From the NCBI RefSeq assembly GCF_004010195.1, contig NC_057751.1, positions 5,787,411-5,807,410 on the forward strand: 20,000 bases of DNA, in the 5' to 3' direction. Source of the stretch: Chiloscyllium plagiosum (lineage: Eukaryota). The position numbers were made by a program, and so were the translations under genes. Positions 1 to 10,635 of the stretch are shown here, piece after piece (positions within the stretch are counted from its first letter, which is position 1; the number at the start of each line of letters is the position of its first letter). Under the pieces are notes generated by a model that searched no databases, was not told the DNA's origin, and saw only the letters and a program-made list of their open reading frames with translations.

Positions 1-521
1 CTCAGACAAAAAATGCACATTCCCTTTCAAAGTATCAAAAATATGAAAAATACTACAGAAGGCAGACATTTCCTGCTGTTTTTGACCATGATATTTTGGC
101 TTCTCACCAAAGGCCAGGAACTTACAAGCAGCTATCATTCCATGGAATCTTCACTCAATACTGCAGGTTGAAAGTAACTTATATATCAATTGCCCCCAGT
201 GCAGAAAGCACCTGCAAACATTTTCTTGGTCAAAATGGCAAATGGCTGTTGTTGATCAAGCTTGACATTTTTCAGATTTAGTCTTGGCTCTGATACACGC
301 TTCCAAATTGAATTGCTTTTTAATTTGATCTGTTGCTTTAAAGGTACTTCCTGGAGAGGCAAATTGTGACATGAATTGTGATCTTCATTGCTTAGGGAAG
401 TTTTGATTACTCAGCTGCTACTTGAAAGTCTTTGATATCCCCCTCTTGGTAGTCATTACATTGTTAAAGAAAGAGAAAGCAGCAGAAATGGATTGGCTTT
501 TTCCAAAGGGATTTTGGACTT

Positions 522-1575
522 AACAACAACTTACATTTTTATGGCAGAAAAATGTGATGTCAGATGACCAAACGCAAGAGATTGATTTTAAGGTATGTCT
601 TCAAAGAAGCAAGTAAAATTTGAGAGGAAGATAAGTGCAAGGAGAACATTCCAAGGCTCAGAACCTGCCCAGCTTGTTATGGACCAGGCCAGACCCCCTC
701 CAACATTTCAAGAAAGTAGTCCCGACCCTAACTTTGCAAGTTGTTTTAAGAGGTGTACAGTGGATATTCCAGGAGGGATGCATCTGGTCAAACCGCTTAA
801 TTTAAACAAAACAGAATTTATGTACAAGGTTACCGAATGAAACACAAACAAAAGAGAACAGAATACCGAATAACTTAACCTATCCAAAAACACAACAAAC
901 AATCCCAGCTTAATGATGCTGATCCAAATTCCTGCAACAATCCCCATAAACACCCCATGGTAAAAAATGAAAAATCAAACACAGGGTCTTACAGGAGAGA
1001 GAGAGATGGCAGAGGGACTCAGCATGGAACACCTTGTGTGTAGGTGTTTCTTGGACCAGCAGCTTCAAACCGAACTGACTCGTTTCTGTGAACAGCCAGA
1101 CTGCGAAAACCAAACCAAACCAAACCAGAGCGAAGCTGAGCTTGGAGAACTGGCCACTCCCCTTTCATTGTACAAGTGTTTTTTTTTAAACCTGAAAACA
1201 TTTTCAAGTAGATCAATCCCAGACATTTCGGAGTCTGTGTCTTTACAACTTCCTGAAAAGAAACCAAAGACAACATAATCTTGTTAAAGGAGCAGCATCA
1301 CCAGCTGAAGATACAGCCAGTTATGATGGAGCAATTAAAATCAAAGATGCTCAATAGGCCAGAATTTGATGAGCACAGACATCAGCGAGATTTAGAACCA
1401 GAAGAGGTTATGAAGACAGGGAGGATGAGGTTGTGCAGAGATATGAAAACAGGAATGAGAATTTTAAAATCAATGGATTGCTTTACCAGAAGCCAATGTT
1501 GGTTGGCAAGCCAGGGCTGTAAGTGAAAATGAGACCTGATGCGAACATTCATGCTGTAGAATTTTGAATGAACTC
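522..1575 (-). mobile_element. Old L2-like LINE 3' remnant, split by a solo LTR (segments ~522-674 and ~1301-1575)
   Basis: Removing 675-1300 and one TSD copy rejoins ...gaacctgcccagctgaag...; shares motifs (gagattgattttaag, ccagaatt, gaattttaaaat) with the copy at 9170-9680. L2 assignment is from recalled shark repeat consensus; boundaries approximate. Confidence 0.65.
675..1300 (-). mobile_element. Solo LTR (~626 bp) of an LTR retroelement
   Basis: Begins TGTTAT (675) and ends GCATCA (1300), flanked by direct repeat CCAGCT at 669-674 and 1301-1306, and interrupts a contiguous LINE remnant. Internal (CAAAC)n at ~1108-1126. Minus orientation is only weakly inferred from base skew. Confidence 0.75.
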
Positions 1576-2479
1576 ATATATACTTGACTGGGAGCCAAGT
1601 AAGATAGGTTTGACTCGCATTTTATATAGGGGCCTGAATAATACAGGCTACGATGAGAAATATGGCAGAATTGCATGAGAAGTACAGCGAGGTCAATCTC
1701 GATGTCAGGAACATCTCTCTCTATCTTCTAACTAAGTTCTGGACACCGTGATGATAATCAGCACTGGTGAGTTAAGGGGGATTATTGCTTGTTAATGACA
1801 ACTGCAGATCTTGCCTGATTGATATGCAGTTTTTTAATAGTTTGATCATCTCTAGATGTGGAGAACTCTGAACATGGACGACAGAATGGGTACCTGGTGA
1901 CTTCAGCTCGTCATTGCTTCAGAGGACCTCTACATTGGATATGTGACATCATCTTCTCAGAGCAAATTTCATGGGCAATGACCATATGCACCCCAGTTCC
2001 AATGACGAATGTTTGCCAGCTTCTAAGAACCCTCATTGTACATCTCTGATCCACTTACAGGACACTTTTTCACTTCTGTGCTGAATTTTGGAGTGAACCA
2101 GTAACTATCATTATAATGTTGGAGCAAGGTCACTCTGCTGGGACATGCAGCCAGTTCATGGACTGGACCAGGTTGCATCTTCAGGCTGTTGACCTGCTGC
2201 ATGAGCACTGCCTCATTTTAAGTCAACGTAGATGATCACAGTATCCTTGCTGTGCCTTGCCTTTTGGCGCCTTGCCTCTTGGCAACTTGCCCCTCAGTCA
2301 GAGATGCTCACAGTATTGTTGTATTGCTATGCTGATTAGTGGAGACACAAAGCCAGGCAGCTTGTCATTGTTGTCTCTAGTCCTCAGTAAATTAAAGGGA
2401 ATTAGTGTTCAGACAGGGAATCCTAACACACTAAGTCAAAAGTAGCTCTGATACTGGTCCAGTGGCTTGGACAAGGTCG

Positions 2480-3095
2480 GTCAGCTTTTCATATCCGTCA
2501 GAGTTGGGGTCCTTTTCTTATATGGGGTGAGGAGGGAAACATCAGATAGTCCACCACCTGTTTTGACTCTTTCTGTTGTAGTTGGCTGTTTTCCTCCTGG
2601 AATGAGAGACAGACAGGTAATACGACAGATTCAAGTGGGTGGCACAACTGTTACTTCTGCTGCAGGTGAAGAAGCATCCTGAGTGAGTTGAGTGGGCAGT
2701 GCAGAGGGCATGCTGGGTTCATGGTGTCAGGGATTGGGGTGGGTGACAGTGAGTAGGGGATGATGTTACAGCCAAAAATGACAGTGGTAGAGCATGAGCC
2801 TTTGTGGATACAGTAACAGAGACATCATTGAGTGTGAGGTATCAGGAAAAAGATCATGACACTGATGCTGGTGTAATAAGAAAGTAAACATCCATCTTCC
2901 AACATTATTGTGCATTCATCCAGTTGGTTAAGATTAAATTGACCCAGTTGGCAACCTCAAACCAGGCTGACATGGGCTGGTGTCACCACTGCTGGTTCTG
3001 GGTGAGCAGGACATCTAACCTCTGCAGTACCCCTCCATCAGGACCGCCAGCTCTCTACCTGCAAAGTGAAAAGGTCATTTGTATTTCTCCGCCAT
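2480..3095 (-). pseudogene. Decayed Myb/SANT-like DNA-binding gene of PIF/Harbinger transposon type (copy 1, two exons)
   Basis: Manual minus-strand translation from ATG 3095 with frameshifts: MAEKYK*PFHFAGRELAVLMEG/VLQRLDVLL...SAWFEVANWVN...NAQ*CWK; intron ~2866-2597 ending ctctcattccag; exon 2 ...ERVKTGGGLSDVSLLTPYKKR. The F..RELxVL, AWxEVA, QCxKK and KTGGG motifs are typical of the Myb_DNA-bind_5/MSANTD family. Confidence 0.7.
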
Positions 3096-3824
3096 GTTTG
3101 TGGCAAATGTCAGGAAGTGTGCAGAGCAGCTTTGGACTGCATTTGTCTGGCTGAACAAAGGCCTTTTAAAGATGGCACCAGCACCAGGGAGACTGGTCGT
3201 TCCCAGAAAATTCTGGCAGTGTTTGCTTTTTCTTGAAACAATAAATGGTAAAATGGAACGAGAGGAATGGCACTGGAGTGAGGTGGATTGTCACAGGCAA
3301 GTTTGGTTAACATACAGTGAGAAACTTTGCTTGGCCCTGAAGAGAGAAACCCCCCAGGAAACTTGATGAAACTGACACAATGAAAGAAGGGTTAGAATTG
3401 GCCCACAGTGTCATGAAAAGGAATTTAAAAAGCATTTTGAGATTATCCAGGTAAGGACTGCAGATGATCAAGAAATTCTTTCTGTGCATTATATTTTGTC
3501 ATACTGTTTGGTTGAATGTAATTCTGTCCTTGCCCAGTGACATTACTTCTTGATGCGGTATTGTTACATGACCAGCCACTACCAGTGTTTTATTCAAATA
3601 GCTTCTCTAGTCACCTCAACCTGCAGAGCAAGTTTCAGAGACATAATTGACAACAAGAACAATCCCAGTCATATCTGATCTTGATGTGGCTTTATGTCAA
3701 TTTCTAGACCCTATCCAATCTAAGTTTTGATTTCATTTCCCAAACCAAGGGGCGACGCAGGCCAATCATTTGATGCCCTAGGAGCACATAATCTTGGATG
3801 AAGACGAATTTCGTGAAGTGGGAG

Positions 3825-3950
3825 ATAACGACTGGCCAGGCAAACATTGGAATTGTCAAGTCGAGAGGTCACAAAGCCATGGATGAAGATTTAAGTAACA
3901 AATGAGCTGAGGGGGAGGGTTCTGAGTCAGGCAATGTTCCAGAAGTAGAA
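3825..3950 (-). mobile_element. L2-like LINE internal fragment
   Basis: ggccaggcaaacattggaattgtcaagtcgagaggtcacaaagccatggatga resembles the recalled antisense L2 ORF2 region and overlaps in motif with the end of the 9170-9680 copy (gaccagataggacacattg). Confidence 0.5.
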
Positions 3951-4464
3951 GCACTGTTCTGAATGAGCTAGCTAACTTGGTTGACAGCGAAAATGGAAAC
4001 TGGTATTTTGAAGTTTTTAATGAGAGGTTAATCCAGGCTGTTTACAGCTATTGACCCTGATATCATTAATGCACACAGCATTAAAGGCTGACTGATGTGC
4101 CAAACGCTGTCAGTTCAATATGTTTGCTAACTATCTTGCAAAGTGCAAATGAGAACAAAAATCATGGTTTTAAATATTTCAGTTTGAGCAGTTTGCATGG
4201 GTCAGTAGTGATTTAAGCGAAGCTGAGATGAATCAATGCAGCTGCTGTGCAGTCATTTGGTGGTATCCAGCATGGATCGCCAGACCCAAGAACATGATTT
4301 GCAGTGAAGATAATCTGCAAAGCATTAACTAACAGGAGGGTGTCGCACACAGTAGGTTCAGGCCAAAACCATGATAACTGATTGAAAGCAAAAACAGCTG
4401 TCCAAAAAATTTTAAAATGTGTTAGTAAACTGATTCAAGCTTATGGAACAAATCCAGAGACAAA

Positions 4465-4715
4465 ACGTGCATTTATATAATGTGTTTAACGAAGTCAAAC
4501 ATCTCAAGATGCTTCAGACTAATTTTCACACCAAACCAAGGAAAAGGATTTTCAGGCAAAAGACCAAACACTTGGCCATAGATGTAGGTTTCAAGAAACT
4601 GAAAGGGAAGGAGAAAGAAGTTGAAGTACGGAGACAATTATGAAGGTAATTCTAGAGTTTAGGATTCAGTCAGCTAAAGGTGTGACCACCCATAGTGGAA
4701 CGGTGAAAATCATGG
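4465..4715 (-). mobile_element. L2-like LINE 3' remnant
   Basis: gcatttatata...gaccaaacacttggccatagatgtaggtttcaag...attctagagtttagg..cagctaaagg is colinear with the copies at 522-674/1301+ and 9170+. Confidence 0.6.
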
Positions 4716-6613
4716 TCCGATGTCTAAGAAAACCCATATGTTTGATGTAGTTGAGAATCTTTGATCATCGCTTGCCATGACTGAAGCATTTCCAGAGCTG
4801 CTTGCTTATTTACAGTGCTACAGGCCTTGAATCATTTACTGTTGCTCCACTATTAAAAAAGACAACAGATTAATATTCACACACCCCCATGACACTTTAT
4901 TCATAATACAACTGATCAGATTTCATATAACATCATTGTTTTAAGATCTATTTATGCAAAGCTCCATCACAGGCATGTGAAACAGATCAATTAACTCATT
5001 CACCAAACCAATGACTTTCCAAAGATGAGTTGTTGAGTTGCAGGAACAAGATAAAAACTGAAATACTTGCAATTTGATCAGAAATGGCCAAAGAAGGGCG
5101 TCTCATCTTCAAGGAATGTTCAGAAACCTCCAAAGTATTTAGAATCACCAAACCACAATCTACATGTCTAGCAATGGAAAACTACAAACAGAGTTTGGTT
5201 CTGCATTTTGTGAAAATCTTCTCCCAGTAATTGAATGAATTATTTTATTGAAGACACTTCTGCTTGTAATTGGAGTGAATATCATTGTACTGGTGTCTTC
5301 AGTGCACATGTACATTGAGAACAGGAGTGGAGGAAATCTCTGATTAGAGTATCTAAAAGCTCTACATATTAAAGGATCTTCTTCCAATACATTAATTACA
5401 TTGAGGAGCTGCTAGCTCCAGGCATCAAAACAAGGTGCCCCCCCCCCACCCCCCACTTTTTATTTCTGTGTGAAGTGCTACATGAGATGTAATGTAAAGT
5501 CTTTTCTGTCAATAGAAATAATGATAGCAACATGTCCCACTCCAGCCCTGTATTGTTTGAATCCAATCATCACTCAAGCTCACTGTCCAGCACTGGCCAT
5601 TGGAGGAGATTTTCCTCACCCAGGTTCAGGTAAAAGCCCTATTTCTCCTTCCAACTAATTAGATTAACTGATACATGAAAAGTACAAAAATTGCATTTGG
5701 ATCACTGAATGGCTTTTATGGATGAGTGCCTGAACCAATGAAGATATTTGATCACAGATCATTGCAGTGCAAAGATCTAGTTCTCAACATAGTGACTTTA
5801 TATTTGAAATTTTTCAAACTTCACTCACCTGTCTAATTCTCATCCTCATTTTCTAAATTTTGCCCATCTCATAAAAATATGTGGTATTACATTGGACTTA
5901 GAGCATGGAAACAGGCCATTTGACCCTACAGATTCATGCTTTTGGTGGTGCTCCATATAAAACTCCTCATAACCCACTTCAGTCAGAGTCCTTCTCCTGA
6001 AATCAGTCTCCTGCTCTGAAAGTCTGAGCTATGGAATGGGGAAAGATTCTCTCAACTGGAGTTTCCACTTGGAAGCAACCATTTTATCAGTGTAATCTCC
6101 TCAACAACTTGTGGAATTTTAGTGTGAATTATATTGAGGACAATTCCAATTTGTTAACACTAGTTTAAACAACAATGCATGTTAGAAATAGGCCTAATAT
6201 ACAGAACTGGTCATACTCCCAGGATAAATTAACCACCATGGTGAGTTTTACCTCATTATTCTCATTTATATGCCTTCCAGGAGCTTCTAAAAGTTATGTT
6301 GGATTGTTTTGTCATAAATTCTGGACAAAGGTAAATGATGTGCACGTGTAAAGGGGCAGGGTGAGGGCATTGTTTCTCAGATTGAGGTCCATGGACACAT
6401 AGTCTCTGGAGAATTGGAAGCAGCTTCAGAGGTCAGCTCCAATCGGGTGTGCAACTCCTGGACATCCAGCTTATTGTTCAGGCACAGATTGTCCTTGCTC
6501 AAGACACTGTCACTGCCTGAGGTGACCAGCCTTTAGCATGGAGGCAGCTCTTGTGAACACTTCATGGCGATGGGCCAGCCTAAAGCCACATTCATTTTTG
6601 GAATTATCTTTCA

Positions 6614-7030
6614 CAGAGACCAGTGGAGGCACTGTCACTGAATTTACTCAAGGCTGAGCTGAACAGATTTTTAATCCATCATTGAGTACAGGTTCAATCG
6701 CAGAAATTGCTGGGAAAGCACAGCAGGTCTGGCAGTGCATGTGGAGAGGAATCAGAGTTAATGTTTAGGGGTCTGAACCTTCTGAAGAAGGGTCAATGAA
6801 CCTGAAACATTTACACTACTTTCTCTCCACAGATGTTACCCGACCTGCTGAGTTTCTCCAGCAATTTCTATTTCTGTTTCTGATATCCATTTCATTTTTA
6901 TTGAGTTCAGGGTTATGGGGGTGAGGTAAGGAAGTGCAGTCAAGCACACAAAAAGTCAGTCATGATCTGATTAAATAGCTGAACAGACTGATGAGATGGA
7001 CGGTCTCATTCCTGATCCTATTTCTTTTAA
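6614..7030 (+). mobile_element. CR1-type LINE 3' end remnant interrupted by a palindromic element
   Basis: gtggaggc...aaggctgagctgaacagattttta (ORF2 C-terminus) resumes after the insert as cagggttatgggg...catgatctgattaaat...ttcctgatcctatttct (CR1-type tail). Confidence 0.6.
6693..6899. mobile_element. Palindromic (fold-back) short element with hammerhead-like centre, Penelope-terminus-like
   Basis: Imperfect inverted arms 6702-~6767 and ~6804-6869 (agaaattgctgg...cagcaggtc / gacctgctg...ccagcaatttct); centre CTGAAGA-AGGGTC-aat-GAACCT-GAAAC; flanked by attgagt[a/t]cagg at 6681-6692 and 6900-6911. Confidence 0.75.
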
Positions 7031-7279
7031 ATGAATGATATGTGAGCTTTTTCTTAAAAACAAAATCAACCTGAAATATTCTCTGATTGAGCTGGTGAAT
7101 GGCAAATTTTGCATTAATTTAGCATTATGAAAATAGGTTCAACCACACAAATGAAGAGAAAACGATGAGAAAAAGATGGACACTTTTCAAAACAAAGTTT
7201 GATGATTGAACCTATTATTTGGGACTCTCATTCCCTCTCCACTGTTTTTGTGAAATTGTAAATGTGAATACAAATACAT

Positions 7280-8520
7280 CCGTTTAGAGGTTCGGGATAC
7301 ATCGGAAACAGAGGAATCGTCGAACTCTAACACTTCTGTGAGTTTTTTTTTGCCACCCAAATCGTCATCGGATTTTTATCATTTAGACACTGCGCAAAAC
7401 TGATCTCGCGGAACCGGCTGCTCACAAACAAAGCAAGCTGATCATGTTTTCAAATGAACTGCAGCCAGTGTGTGAACGGCAGGAAGCAAGGAGTTATGAA
7501 ATCTCGTAACTTAATGGTTTGCCTTTGCAAATCCAAGGGAAAGAAGTGATTCTCTCAGCTGCCGCTGTCAATCGTTGCTGAGCAGCTGTTTGTGGTTTCT
7601 TGCTCTGCCCGAGGAGTGCATAAAGGCACAGCACTTCCATCTGTCCACAAACTGCCTCTATCTGTTCAAGTATTTACTGTAGTCTACCTTTCAGATGGCA
7701 GAGGGGTGGGGCAAGTTACTCAACTCTCTGATTAATATATTTGTCATCGTCTCGATAGAGTTTTTAGGGTTGACGTTTTGAAGATACACACGCACAGCAT
7801 GGGTGCTATCAATTGAGCTGAATTTCAGAAGTGATTCCCTGGATCCCGTGTCTCATTTCTGCCCATTGTGTGTCACGTCTCCTGGATGTCCAAGGACATA
7901 TCAGAGCACTTATTGCACGTTTCGCTCGGTTATCATTCAAACACGCGCAATGAAAAGATGGAGTAACATGAACTTTAAGTGGCAATTGGATAGGTACATG
8001 GATGGGTGCTTAAGCTAGGACAAATGTTCGGCACAACATCGTGGGCCGAAGGGCCTGTTCTGTGCTGTATTGTTCTATGTTCTATGTTCTATGAATGAGA
8101 ACATCTAGTATTTGTCTTGAGTCGTGGGCTTGATATTTTTCAGATATTTAGTTTCCAGAGCTTATTCGACAAGAGTTAGTTTGAAAACACTGGCCAAATC
8201 GTCACCTTCTTTGCTGTCCGCAAAATAATATTGCTTTAAATGTCCCAACTCTCAATCAACAGTGCCCCAGGGTGCCGAATCACAGTTGTGAGGTGCAGGG
8301 CGCTATTTGACTATGACAAAGGTTGACGCATAAATTCAAGTTGTTGCTGTTGCTGTGACCAATATTTACACTTCTGTAATTTCTTTCGGCTCAGTCTGAG
8401 GTCGAAAGCCTTCAAAACTGTGCTGTCTTGTAAGTTTTGTTTTATTGACGAAACTGGCTTCACAACTAATAATTTAAACTTATGCTGAACCGTAAATATT
8501 GACACATTTTTCACGTTGCA
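7280..8520. promoter_or_regulatory. CpG-enriched non-repeat region, candidate unmethylated promoter/enhancer
   Basis: Roughly 40 CpGs by eye in ~1.25 kb versus ~5 in the next kb, despite moderate GC. Clustered ETS (CAGGAAG, CACTTCC), RUNX (TGTGGTT 7591-7597), E-box (CAGCTG x2, CAGATG) and GC-box-like (GGGGTGGGG) motifs at ~7480-7712. Confidence 0.45.
7970..8093 (+). mobile_element. Severely 5'-truncated young CR1 LINE tail
   Basis: 7970-8091 is identical to 14405-14526; ends in (GTTCTAT)n; encodes the ORF2 end NFKWQLDRYMDGCLS*. Confidence 0.9.
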
Positions 8521-9169
8521 AATTTCAAGCAACCTGAAGGATTCATTGAAGAACAGTAAGTTTAACAGGTTAACAGTCTGTAATTTTTTGTTGTAACTAA
8601 ATTAGAATAGACTACTGTCATTGAAAGGGTATCTGAAATTGCAAAGTTTGCCCAGACAATCTGAAATCCAATTCAAGTATGTTCTTAGTCCCAGTAAAAG
8701 AATTAATTCAGAGCAATTTGGAATAGCTCTGACTCATGGTAAAACTATTCCAGAACAAGCAGAGTTCAACTGATATTTAGTGTATATTTATTTTAACTAC
8801 TTTTCCCATTTTAAATGTTGCATGTTTTGTTGTAACCACATGGAAAATCAAATACGTTTTGTGTTTACATGACTTTTATTGTCTGCCATTACATACAAAT
8901 GGTATACCTGTGATGAATCACAGGTATCTTACAGTGAAGTTGAAAGGTTCTCCTCCAATGAGTTGATAGTGGAATGGCTTTCTATCACCTTAGGAGAACA
9001 TTGGAAATTAGTTCAGTGATTGCATTGTATTAACGTCAGGGAATGAGTGTGCTTTTGAATTAGTACATGATTCTCTCCTGTTGATAGAGACTTCCTCTTT
9101 CAATTGCATGATATAAAGATAAGGACATACAGAGAAAAGAAGCAAAGTGAATTTACCTAGCTTCCTTTG

Positions 9170-9680
9170 CCAACATGAATATTTCATGATGTAACAAAAC
9201 ACCCCAAGGCACTTCTAAGAAACATTATTGAACAAAGTATGACAACAACCACATAAGGAGTTATTAGGTCAGATAACCAATGCTTTGTCCAAGAGATTGA
9301 TTTTAAGACATGCATTCAAGGAAATAAAGCATAATAGGAGTATTAGGGAAGGAGGTCCAGCGCTTAGGACCTGGACAGTTGAAGGAATGGCATCAACAAT
9401 GGAATGATTCAATTGCAGGATGTTTGAGAAACCAGAATTATCTGAATGCAGATATATTAGAAGGTTGCCACGCTGAATGAAATGACAGAAATGAGAAGGG
9501 CCAACAACGTGGAGGAATTTGACACAATTAAAGGAATTTTAAAATAGAGGCATGACTGGATAAGGAGTGGTGTAAGTCAGCAGACACAGGGATAATCTGC
9601 AAAGTAAATATGGGCAACAGAATTCTGGATAGTGCCAGATTTGCAAAGTGTATAATCTGGGAGACCAGATAGGACACATT
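9170..9680 (-). mobile_element. L2-like LINE 3' remnant
   Basis: Colinear similarity with 522-674/1301-1575 (tcagataaccaa, gagattgattttaag, cagttgaagg, ccagaatt, gaattttaaaat). Confidence 0.65.
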
Positions 9681-9743
9681 GTCAAGATATCTCAATGTGC
9701 CTTGCAGACAATTAATTATTGTTCAGCAAATTTTTCTGGGGTA

Positions 9744-10028
9744 GGCAATGGCTGAGAGGTATTGCTGCTGGACTAGTGATCCTGTGATGCACATAATTAT
9801 TTGGGGTTTGAATCCCACCATGGCAGATTGTCGAATTTGCTATTTAAAACTCTGTAATTACAAGTCAAATGGTTACCATAAAACAATTGTCAATTGTTGT
9901 AAAAACCCACCTGGTTAATTGATGTTCTTGAGGGAAGGAAAACTGCCATCCTCCTCTGGTCTGGCCTGCATGTGACTGAGACAGCAATGCAACTGATCCT
10001 AACTGCCCTCTGAAATGGCTCAGCAAGA
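9744..10028 (+). mobile_element. tRNA-derived shark SINE, decayed and 3'-truncated
   Basis: Degenerate A box (tggctgagagg) and B box (ggtttgaatccc); body aaaaacccacctggtt...agggaaggaaaactgccatcct...tggtctggcctgcatgtgact matches a recalled abundant shark SINE. Confidence 0.65.
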
Positions 10029-10635
10029 TCTTGTGAGGGATATTTAAGACAAGGCCTTTTCATTTATTTATGGATATTGTTGCTGCATGCAGTAACTAGG
10101 TAAAATCTTAGTCCTTACATTTGTCATCAAATTATTGTGTAGATACTTGCAACCCTGGGAAACAAAAAAATATTGTGCTCGTTTATTATTTTAACATTGA
10201 ATGTTTCCAAGATATAAATAATCAGATAAGTGTCAAACAGACTGTGTTCCAGCCTGTGTGCACAAATAGTTCATTAATCTTTTGTGCAAGATTATATATG
10301 TATCATTATAACTCTGTTGGTATGTTTAAATGTGACCTTTCCTTTCATCTAATCATCACTGTCGAGCTTTCTTCACCCTGATGTTAATACATTGGGACAA
10401 AGATCTTTAGAGACAAACTTATTTTGTATACATACATAATTTGTCAAAGTGAACTAAGTGTCATATAACCTATCATCCCTCCCAGAAGTTAGTAAAGGAT
10501 CATTCAGAAGTAGCCACTGAATCATCTCCAAATAATTACTCTGTCTATGGTTTGTGTTGTGTGTGGGATGAGGATAGATGGTCAAAATGAAGTTGACACA
10601 TGAGCTGATGAATAAGGCTGAGCATTTTGTCAATG

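Noticed and set aside
595..1526. Overlapping ORFs of 67-103 aa (e.g. 967..1278, 1281..1526)
   Set aside because: They lie within the solo LTR and antisense L2 remnant, include a translated microsatellite and resemble no protein I recognise.
5249..5301. miRNA-like hairpin (tgaagacac/gtgtcttca)
   Set aside because: Only a 9-bp stem with poor inner pairing, compatible with chance.
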